Shown here piece after piece: positions 47,704 through 55,343 of a stretch of 64,000 bases of DNA (position 1 is its first letter; each line of letters begins with the position of its first letter). The position numbers and the translations under genes were made by a program. The notes beneath the pieces are model-generated. The model was not told the origin of the DNA and did no database searches. It saw nothing but the letters and a program-made list of their open reading frames with translations. Where the stretch lies: positions 67,318 through 131,317 of the forward strand of contig JANQQK010000028.1 of the NCBI GenBank assembly GCA_028289375.1, in the 5' to 3' direction. This DNA is from Phycisphaerae bacterium. Lineage in GTDB: Bacteria > Planctomycetota > Phycisphaerae > UBA1845.

Positions 47704-49875
47704 ATGACCGACACATCTTCACTCCGCGCATTGGCCCAACATGCGGGCATCCTCGAAAGCTACACGGATCTGCTTGGCCGGGAACATCGCGTTTCCGACG
47801 ATGTCTGCGTTGCGTTGCTCGCGGCGATGGGATTCGACGCGTCGTCGGAGCAGGCGGCCAGTGCGTGTCTCGCAAGACTGCAGGCAGAGCAGGCCGAGCG
47901 CTGCATCGACGTCGTGCGTGTGGTGGAAGAAGGTGCACACGACGCGCGCTTGTTGCCGATCATTTTTCCGCCCGGTTGGTTGGGCGAATCATGCGGTGCG
48001 GTCACGATTACCGAAGAGTCCGGTGTGACGCACACACTGGAGTTTCGCCACGATCTCGGAGATGGTCGATGTACGAATCAGGTTCTGCCCGATTTGCCGA
48101 CCGGTTATCACCACGTTGCGGTGCAGCTCAGTTCCGGTTCGGTCGAGGTTGTGCAGGAGCAATCGCTGATCGTGGCACCGCGCCGGTGTTATTCCGTCGA
48201 CGACAGGGTTGGTCGGCGACGCCTGTTTGGCTTGTGGTGCAACCTTTACACGCTGCGCAGCGATCAGGACTGGGGAAGCGGTGATCTGACGGACCTTGAC
48301 TGCGTTGTACGCGAAACGGCGTCGGGGGGCGGGGCGTTCGTCGGGGTGAATCCACTCCATGCGATACGAAATCGGGGCGATGACATCAGTCCGTATTCAC
48401 CGACGAGCCGGCTCTTCGGTAATCCACTCTACATCGACATTGACCGCGTGCCGGAATTGGCATGGTGCGCTGCCGCACGTGACTTTCTGGAATCTGCGGA
48501 CGCCAAGGCGACGCTCGAACGCGCGAGGTCTGCGCGGGATGTTGAATACGATCGCATCCACGAACTCAAGCTGAGGGTTCTCCGTCTGCTCTTCGACACG
48601 TTTCAGGCTGATGCACATGCGGCAAGCAGCAATCGCATGGCTGCGTTCGCTCGATTCGTGAGCGCGGGCGGTGGGGCGTTGGAGACGTTTGCGACCTTTG
48701 AGGCGATCGGCGAGCACTTTCGTGAGGACGGATTTGACGGTTGCTGGCGCGATTGGCCAATTGCGCTTCGAGATCCCACCAGCGACGCGGTTGAGGCTTT
48801 TCGCGTTCGGCATGCTGATCGCGTTGCGTTCCACATGTATCTTCAGTTCGAGTTTGACCGGCAGTTGGGCGAAGTGGCGAAGCTGTCACGGGATGCGGGA
48901 ATGCCGATCGGTCTTTACCTCGACCTTGCGATCGGATCGGCGGATGATGGCAGCGACGCATGGGCCTACTCCGGATTGGTCGCACGGGGCGTGGAAGTTG
49001 GCGCTCCGCCCGATCCTTACGCGTGGCAAGGCCAGAAGTGGGGCTTTCCACCGCTGATTCCCCATCGCCTTCGGCAGGATGGGTACCGCTATTGGATTGG
49101 GCTCCTGAGGTCCGTGATGCGTCATGCGGGATTGCTGCGCGTCGACCATGTGATGGGGCTGTTCCGACTCTTCTGGATCCCCGAAGGCGCGATCGCGTCG
49201 GAGGGCGCTTACGTCCGCTATCCCGCGGAAGAGCTACTTGGCATCCTCGCACTGGAGAGTCAGCGGAACGAGACAGTGGTGGTCGGGGAAGATCTGGGCA
49301 CCGTGCCTGCCGAAGTGCCGCCTGCATTGGAATCGCGTGCGATTCTCTCATCTCGTGTTGCGTTCTTTGAGCGTGAAGGTGATGGTCATTTCCGAGCCCC
49401 CGAACACTACAAGGAGAACGCACTGGTCACGACCACCACGCATGATTTGCCGCCGCTGCATGGTCTGATTGAAGGCAGTGATTTGAAGATGAGGCACCAA
49501 TTGGGCCTGATCGGGCGTGATGAGATTGACCAGATGCTTGCGTCTCGACAGTCGGATGAGATTGCGCCGCTTCTGCGACATCTCGACCGCTTCGGACTGG
49601 AGAACGTCGGTGCGTCCGATTCTCGCGGATGGCCTGATCCGCATCGTGTTCTGCTGGCCATGCATGCGTTGCTGATTGCGACTCCATGTCGACTCGTTGG
49701 GATTTCGCTTGACGACATCGCGACTGAGCGAGACCCGGTCAATCTTCCGGGCGTGCCGAATTCTGTTCATCGTAATTGGTCGCGCCGGATGAGACGCCCG
49801 ATTGAAGACCTTTTTTCCGATTCAGGTACGGTTCAAATTCTGCAGCACTTGCAAAAGGGGATGTCGGCTGGGTGA
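47704..49875 (+). CDS. malQ: 4-alpha-glucanotransferase (GH77) with long N-terminal extension (actinobacterial MalQ-like length)
   Basis: GVNPLHAIRNRGDDISPYSPTSRLFGNPLYIDI, GLYLDLAIGSADDGSDAW, GAPPDPYAWQGQKWGFPP, VGEDLGTVP. Starts 3 nt after glgB. Confidence 0.88.
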   Translation: MTDTSSLRALAQHAGILESYTDLLGREHRVSDDVCVALLAAMGFDASSEQAASACLARLQAEQAERCIDVVRVVEEGAHDARLLPIIFPPGWLGESCGAVTITEESGVTHTLEFRHDLGDGRCTNQVLPDLPTGYHHVAVQLSSGSVEVVQEQSLIVAPRRCYSVDDRVGRRRLFGLWCNLYTLRSDQDWGSGDLTDLDCVVRETASGGGAFVGVNPLHAIRNRGDDISPYSPTSRLFGNPLYIDIDRVPELAWCAAARDFLESADAKATLERARSARDVEYDRIHELKLRVLRLLFDTFQADAHAASSNRMAAFARFVSAGGGALETFATFEAIGEHFREDGFDGCWRDWPIALRDPTSDAVEAFRVRHADRVAFHMYLQFEFDRQLGEVAKLSRDAGMPIGLYLDLAIGSADDGSDAWAYSGLVARGVEVGAPPDPYAWQGQKWGFPPLIPHRLRQDGYRYWIGLLRSVMRHAGLLRVDHVMGLFRLFWIPEGAIASEGAYVRYPAEELLGILALESQRNETVVVGEDLGTVPAEVPPALESRAILSSRVAFFEREGDGHFRAPEHYKENALVTTTTHDLPPLHGLIEGSDLKMRHQLGLIGRDEIDQMLASRQSDEIAPLLRHLDRFGLENVGASDSRGWPDPHRVLLAMHALLIATPCRLVGISLDDIATERDPVNLPGVPNSVHRNWSRRMRRPIEDLFSDSGTVQILQHLQKGMSAG

Positions 49876-50071
49876 CGGCGTCGGCTTGCCGGACTGTTCG
49901 TCATCGGTCGGCGGGCAATGTCGGGATTGAGGTTCGGGGACGCTATACAACAGCCCGCGTTCGTGTATCTTCATGGGTAGGACCGCAGACGGCGGGATCC
50001 TAGGTCTTCCGGGGATCACCCGATGAGGGTTCCGGGAGCACACGTCGCCCAAAAATCTGGGGAATCGGGTC

Positions 50072-51907
50072 ATGAGTGAGATCGGGGGCGAGACGCCTCT
50101 GGTGATCGAAGTTTCGTGGGAAGCATGCTCCCAGGCGGGTGGTATCTACACGGTCCTTCGCACCAAATGCGCAGCCGGTCTGGAATTGTGTGGTGATCAT
50201 TACTGCCTCTTTGGTCCCTACCATGAAGCGGCTGCGAAGATCGAGTTCGAGCCTGAACCTCAAGATGGCCTTTGGGGCGAGGTCGTCGACGAGGTTGCAC
50301 AGACCGGCGTCAAGCTTCATCTGGGGCGTTGGATCGTCACCGGAATGCCAAGGGTCGTTCTGGTCGACCTGAACTCGATTCGACCGCAGATCCCGAAGTA
50401 TGCCGCGGACTTCTGGAAGACGCTTGGCGTGTCGCAGCCGGGTAGAGATTCGGAAACCGAGGAGCACATTGCCTTTGGAAAGGTTGTAGCGGATTTGCTC
50501 GGGTGCGTGCGACGACGACTTCCGGGCAGATCCTTGCTCGCGCAGTGTCACGAATGGCAAGGTGCTGCTGCGATTCCGATTCTGAAGCACAACGACGCAA
50601 GAATCCCGACGATCTTTACGACCCACGCGACGCTTGTTGGCCGCAGTTTGAGTGCGGCGAATCAGAACATTTATGGAAATCTGGACGCGATCGATCCATT
50701 GGCGGTGGCGCGTGAGCATGGGATTGAGTCACGCTATCGCGTGGAACGGGCAGCCACCGAGTGCTGCGACGTCTTCACGACGGTTTCGGGAATCACGGGG
50801 CAGGAAGCGGCCCACTTTCTTGGGCGTCAGCCTGACTTCCTGTTGCCCAATGGGTTGAATGTGCAGCGGTCTGCCGCGGCGCCCCATGAGTTTCAGAATC
50901 TGCATCAGAAGTGCAAGCAGAAGATTCACGAATTCACGATTGGCCATTTCTTCCCCAGCTACACGTTTGATCTCAGCAAGACCCTCTACTTTTTCGTCGC
51001 CGGTCGCTACGAGTATCGCAACAAGGGCATTGATGTTTTCATTGAGGCGCTCGATGAGTTGAATCGCCGTCTCAAGGCTGAGTCGACCGGCGTGACGGTG
51101 GTGGCGTTCGTGATTGCCCGAGCGCCATACCATGCTTACAACATCGAGGTTCTGAATCGCCAGGCGATGCTGCACGAATTGAAGGGCACGTGCGAGGTGA
51201 TTGAAGAGCAGATGGGCGAGCGGCTGTTCCGCACGGTCATTGAGGGACGGCTTCCCAAGATTGACGATCTGTTGGAGGCTTACAATCGTGTGCGTCTTCA
51301 GCGCATGATTCACGCGTGGCATGAAGCGGAGGGCAATCCGTCCATCGTGACGCATGATCTGGTGGACGGGAGTCACGACCCGGTGCTGCAGCATCTTGCG
51401 AAGATGAACCTGCACAACACGGTGGATGATCCAGTCAAACTCGTGTTCCATCCACAGTTCATCAAGATGACCAGCCCGATTCTCGGCATGGAATATGATG
51501 ACTTTGTGCGTGGCAGCAATCTTGGGGTCTTCCCTTCGTATTACGAACCTTGGGGGTACACGCCGATGGAAGCGATCGTGCGCGGCATTCCCGCGATCAC
51601 CAGCGATCTGAGCGGGTTTGGCATGTACCTGAAGGACCGCTTCCCCGACCACGATTCAAACGGCATGTACGTGACCAGGCGTCGCGACGTCAGTTTTGCG
51701 GACAGCGTTTACCAGGTTGCGGGATGGATGCACTCGATGACGAAGATGAGTCTTCGCGACAGGATTCGTTTACGCGGGCGCGTCGAGAGTTACGCGGAGT
51801 ACTTCGACTGGTCGCAGATGGCCCGCAACTATCATGCTGCCCGACGTGCGGCACTTGAGAAGTACCATCCAGATCGGGAATTCAATTTTTCCGCTGACGG
51901 CGTGTGA
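50072..51907 (+). CDS. GT3-family (eukaryote-type) glycogen synthase
   Basis: EVSWEACSQAGGIYTVLRTK, TIFTTHATLVGR, PNGLNV, HEFQNLH, KTLYFFVAGRYEYRNKGIDVFIEAL, VFPSYYEPWGYTP. These are colinear with my recollection of animal/yeast glycogen synthase (GYS/Gsy) motifs. Confidence 0.88.
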   Translation: MSEIGGETPLVIEVSWEACSQAGGIYTVLRTKCAAGLELCGDHYCLFGPYHEAAAKIEFEPEPQDGLWGEVVDEVAQTGVKLHLGRWIVTGMPRVVLVDLNSIRPQIPKYAADFWKTLGVSQPGRDSETEEHIAFGKVVADLLGCVRRRLPGRSLLAQCHEWQGAAAIPILKHNDARIPTIFTTHATLVGRSLSAANQNIYGNLDAIDPLAVAREHGIESRYRVERAATECCDVFTTVSGITGQEAAHFLGRQPDFLLPNGLNVQRSAAAPHEFQNLHQKCKQKIHEFTIGHFFPSYTFDLSKTLYFFVAGRYEYRNKGIDVFIEALDELNRRLKAESTGVTVVAFVIARAPYHAYNIEVLNRQAMLHELKGTCEVIEEQMGERLFRTVIEGRLPKIDDLLEAYNRVRLQRMIHAWHEAEGNPSIVTHDLVDGSHDPVLQHLAKMNLHNTVDDPVKLVFHPQFIKMTSPILGMEYDDFVRGSNLGVFPSYYEPWGYTPMEAIVRGIPAITSDLSGFGMYLKDRFPDHDSNGMYVTRRRDVSFADSVYQVAGWMHSMTKMSLRDRIRLRGRVESYAEYFDWSQMARNYHAARRAALEKYHPDREFNFSADGV

Positions 51908-51968
51908 TGGCTCGGATGAAGCGCTGCGTGACGCCAGCAATGCTCGTTCGCCGCATCCGGGATACGGT

Positions 51969-52223
51969 TCAGCGGACGACGCCAAACACCCGTTGCAGTG
52001 CGGCAAAATCGTGAAGATCAACATCTGAGTCTGAATCGAAATCAAACAGGCTGCACTCCGCCGCGGCTCCCGGGCCTGATCTCGACGTTTGGAACCAAGA
52101 GAAGTCTATCAATCCGATGACACTGTCACATGCCACGTCACCCGGTGCGCATTCCTGGCAGAGCGTGAGGACGTGGTTATCGTTGTCGAGATTGATCCAC
52201 CCGATGTCGTCGGCCCAGATCAA
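51969..52223 (-). pseudogene. 5'-truncated remnant of a dockerin-like-module protein
   Basis: The 84-aa ORF matches only the C-terminal ~80 aa of 23595-24482 (...CSLFDFDSDSDVDLHDFAALQRVFG). Its first Asp loop is degenerate (CDSVIGLIDF). It directly abuts the integrase remnant. Confidence 0.5.
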
Positions 52224-52384
52224 GCCTGACAGATGGTCAATCGTGACGCGGACGCCAACTCGGAGTCGATGGTATTGAGCGACCTTCTCACTGGTTCTGT
52301 ACCAGTTCTATGCTCGTACCATGACAGACTTCTTGTGAAGTTACGCGGACGGGTAGGGCGCAGGGGGGACCTGCCGCTCGGAAC

Positions 52385-52680
52385 CTGCGTTGCCTCCATG
52401 ACGGCTCTGGAAGCCGACGGTCGGTAGCCCAATGCATCATGCCGGCATAGCGTGTCGTACGATGCCATTGCACGATCGGCACGCGGGCTTCGTTCAGGGA
52501 ATGGAGGATATCTCCGTTGATGAGTTCAGCCCGAAGCGTACCATCGAATGACTCCACAGACCCGTTCTCCCAGGGCGCCCCTGGTTCGACGAACAGCGTC
52601 TTGGCGTCAACATGGTCAAGCCGATGGTGCGCAGTACCATATCCGTTCCGTTGTCACTGCGGAATCGGCTGCGGTCCAAC
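52385..52680 (-). mobile_element. frameshifted remnant of an rve-type (IS3/IS481-like) transposase/integrase C-terminus
   Basis: Three frames together read RSDNGTDMV / LDHVDAKTLFVEPGAPWENGSVESFDGTLRAELIN...IVQWHR / YDTLCRHDALGYRPSA. This matches the conserved end of DDE integrase cores. No intact N-terminal part. Confidence 0.6.
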
Positions 52681-52928
52681 CGTCATGTGGACTTTTCGCA
52701 CCCACGGAATGCGAATGGTGCATAACAAAATGGCGTATGGGGTTGAGCGTCATCGAGGGCGTGGATTGGCTTCCCCACGTATTGATGGATGACCGTCCTG
52801 CCGTTTGGCCGCTCTTTCGATCTCGATGGCATGATTACCAACGGTGGCGATGGCGGCCATTAACATCGGAAGAACGGAGAAAATCTCAGATCAGATCTCG
52901 ATCCGCCCTGAAGGGCCCGAGAGTGGAT

Positions 52929-53284
52929 TGGAGGCGGGGGGAATCGAACCCCCGTCCCGCGACGGCTCAAGGAAAGCTTCTACGTGCGTAGTCGATCATT
53001 TGAGTCTCGCAATCCCCGACGCCGAACGACAGGCTTCGGGAACCGCCAGCCCGATCAAGCTCCTCGCCGACGTGCGACCAGACAAAGCACGTCAGCCAGC
53101 CCGCTGATTGACGTCCGAACGAGATAGCAGGCGTCTCCCGCCGGACGGGCTACCGCTTTTTAGGCAGCCATGCGCAACTGAGAGTTGGCATATAAAGTTT
53201 GTGCCCGTTGTTTAACGAGGCCAACGGACAACCTCGGCACGCCACTTCCCCATCGTCTCGCCCGGTCGAGCCCAAATCGCCCCC
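52929..53284 (-). ncRNA. ssrA: tmRNA (SsrA), tag ANSQLRMAA
   Basis: 5' GGGGGCGAUUUGGGCUCGAC... pairs with 3' ...CGCCUCCA, including G3:U. T-arm GGGGGUUCGAUUCCCCC. GCGUGCCGAGG...GUUGGCCUCGUUAAA pseudoknot region. Tag ORF GCC AAC TCT CAG TTG CGC ATG GCT GCC TAA at 53189-53160. Confidence 0.93.
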
Positions 53285-53371
53285 GTTCAAGAACCATGGA
53301 AATGGAACTCACGTCAGCCAACGCCCGTGGCACCGGATGGCCTGGGCAACAGCATCGGTACTGAATTCTAA

Positions 53372-53533
53372 TCAAAAAATCGGCAGAAGCGTAAACAACT
53401 GCGACAGGAGAATCTGCTCACCCAACGCCAGCACCGTCGGAGCGATCAGCGTCGCACAGCTCCCGGCCTGCAACAGACAACCGCCCGCCGCCACCAGCAG
53501 CAACGCCTGACGAACTCTCCGCGTTCGCGTCAT
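53372..53533 (-). CDS. small exported/lipoprotein-like peptide (53 aa), triad member C
   Basis: Not in the ORF track (under 60 aa). ATG 53533 after TAAGGA. MTRTRRVRQALLLVAAGGCLLQAGSCATLIAPTVLALGEQILLSQLFTLLPIF. 9 nt downstream of member B. Confidence 0.5.
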   Translation of the reverse strand: MTRTRRVRQALLLVAAGGCLLQAGSCATLIAPTVLALGEQILLSQLFTLLPIF

Positions 53534-53542
53534 GTGCAATCC

Positions 53543-53809
53543 TTAAGGACGTGGTCCAGGTGTTGGGAAAATCGGGCCGTTGCAGCGGAACGGGATCGTG
53601 CAACTGGGATCCAGATCGAAATCGGGAATGTCCGCGAAGAAGAAGTCGATATCTTCCTGCTCGCAGAACCCCAGCACCGTTCCGCACGGGTTGAACGTGG
53701 TCAGGAGGCCTCTGCACGAGGGCAGAAAACCGAACTGAAACATCATCGTACCGGTTCCCAACAGCACCATCGCCCGCCGGGCTACTTTTCCGCGTCTGCT
53801 TCGTTCCAT
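53543..53809 (-). CDS. small Cys-rich exported protein (88 aa), triad member B
   Basis: ATG 53809 after AGGAGAAGGA. MERSRRGKVARRAMVLLGTGTMMFQFGFLPSC... with 5 further Cys. Its pattern is shared with member A. Confidence 0.6.
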   Translation of the reverse strand: MERSRRGKVARRAMVLLGTGTMMFQFGFLPSCRGLLTTFNPCGTVLGFCEQEDIDFFFADIPDFDLDPSCTIPFRCNGPIFPTPGPRP

Positions 53810-53847
53810 GCGTCCTTCTCCTGTCACCATGCTCATCCCGCCGACGT

Positions 53848-54120
53848 CTACGGCATGTCCTCCGGGCAATCCGTCAGGAAGGTGCCTTCCTCAGCCATGC
53901 CGGAATTCATGCCAACGAATGACGTGAAATTCACAGGCACGCAGAAGTCAAACAGCCCGCCAAGTGCACCATCGTTGCAATTCAGCAGGAAGCAGAAGTC
54001 AAACGAGCGAAGCACCGAGTTCACACCGAACGAAAAGCACCCGGCTCCCTGGTACACCGTCGACGACGCGAGTGCCATCATCAACAGAGCCTTTACCTTT
54101 TTCACGCGCATCCGCTTCAT
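53848..54120 (-). CDS. small Cys-rich exported protein (90 aa), triad member A
   Basis: ATG 54120 after GAGGA. MKRMRVKKVKALLMMALASSTVYQGAGC... SFDFCFLLNC...FDFC... Confidence 0.6.
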   Translation of the reverse strand: MKRMRVKKVKALLMMALASSTVYQGAGCFSFGVNSVLRSFDFCFLLNCNDGALGGLFDFCVPVNFTSFVGMNSGMAEEGTFLTDCPEDMP

Positions 54121-54245
54121 TCGTTCATCCTCGTTTTCGGAGTCTCAATGCCTCTCCAAGCTGGACGGAGGCGAGTATAGGCCACCTGCCTACCCCCCGC
54201 AACCAACATCTTCCCTCGGGACGGGTGTCCAGGCAAACCGTCCGC

Positions 54246-55328
54246 TCAATTGACGGCACCGGCCAAGTCGCCCAGGACTGCCGACACCGCGTCAGCCGTC
54301 ACCGGCTCTATCATGCCGCGCTCTGTGATGATGCCCTTGATCAGCCGTGCCGGCGTGACGTCGAAGGCTGGACAGTAACACTTCACATCTTCCGGTGAGG
54401 TCAGCGTGCCAAATCCCCGCCGCACCTCATCAGCCGACCGTTCCTCGATCGGAATCTCGTCGCCGCATGCCAACGCCATGTCAAACGTCGAACTCGGGGC
54501 GGCCACGTAGAACGGCACATCATGGGCCGCCGCGAGCAGGGCCACGCCGTACGTCCCGATTTTGTTGGCGGCGTCTCCATTGGCCGCGATGCGGTCTGCA
54601 CCGGTGATGACGAGGTCTATGCGTCCCACCTTCATCGCGTGGGCGGCCGTGTTGTCGCAGATCAGCGTCACGTCGATCCCCGCACGCATCAGCTCCCACG
54701 TGGTCAGCCGCGCCCCCTGCAGCAATGGCCTCGTCTCGTCCGCGTATACGCCGAAACTCCTTCCAAGCTCATGCGCCCGATACATGACGGCCAACGCCGT
54801 GCCCATGCCGCCCGTTGCCAATGCCCCGGCATTGCAATGTGTCAGTACCGTTCCGCCTTCGGGGATCACATGCTCCCCGACGTCGCCGATCGACCGGCAC
54901 ATCGCCTCATCCTCGTGATGGATCGCGATTGCTTCGGCCAACAGACGCTCCTTCATGTCAAGGACAGACAGCTCGACCGACGCGCGTGCCACCCGCTTCA
55001 TCCGATCCAACGCCCAGAACAGGTTCACCGCCGTCGGTCGCGACGTGGCGAGGTAGTCGCACACCTGCTCGACGCGTGCGACGAATCCGTCGCGATCATC
55101 CCCCGACCAGTCGCGTACGCCGAGTACCACGCCCATCCCGGCGGCAACGCCGATCGCCGGCGCCCCACGGACCGCCAACCGTCGAATCGCATCAAACACC
55201 GTCTCCACGTCGTCGATTCGCATCTCCACGAATTCGCCCGGTAGCAACGTCTGGTCGATCATCGCCACGTGACCATCAAGGCCACCCACCCAGTACAACG
55301 CTCGTGCATGTTCAGCGTGTTCTGCCAC
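54246..55328 (-). CDS. mtnA: S-methyl-5-thioribose-1-phosphate isomerase
   Basis: MIDQTLLPGEFVEMRI, AIRRLAVRGAPAIGVAAGMG, GADRIAANGDAANKIGTY (eIF-2B-related MtnA motifs). Confidence 0.9.
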   Translation of the reverse strand: MAEHAEHARALYWVGGLDGHVAMIDQTLLPGEFVEMRIDDVETVFDAIRRLAVRGAPAIGVAAGMGVVLGVRDWSGDDRDGFVARVEQVCDYLATSRPTAVNLFWALDRMKRVARASVELSVLDMKERLLAEAIAIHHEDEAMCRSIGDVGEHVIPEGGTVLTHCNAGALATGGMGTALAVMYRAHELGRSFGVYADETRPLLQGARLTTWELMRAGIDVTLICDNTAAHAMKVGRIDLVITGADRIAANGDAANKIGTYGVALLAAAHDVPFYVAAPSSTFDMALACGDEIPIEERSADEVRRGFGTLTSPEDVKCYCPAFDVTPARLIKGIITERGMIEPVTADAVSAVLGDLAGAVN

Positions 55329-55343
55329 GTCCCGCCCCTTCAG

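Noticed and set aside
53418-53717. 99-aa minus-strand ORF overlapping small-protein B in another frame
   Set aside because: It has no SD and an R/G-rich composition. The overlapping frame (53543-53809) has a strong SD, a signal peptide and a paralog next door.
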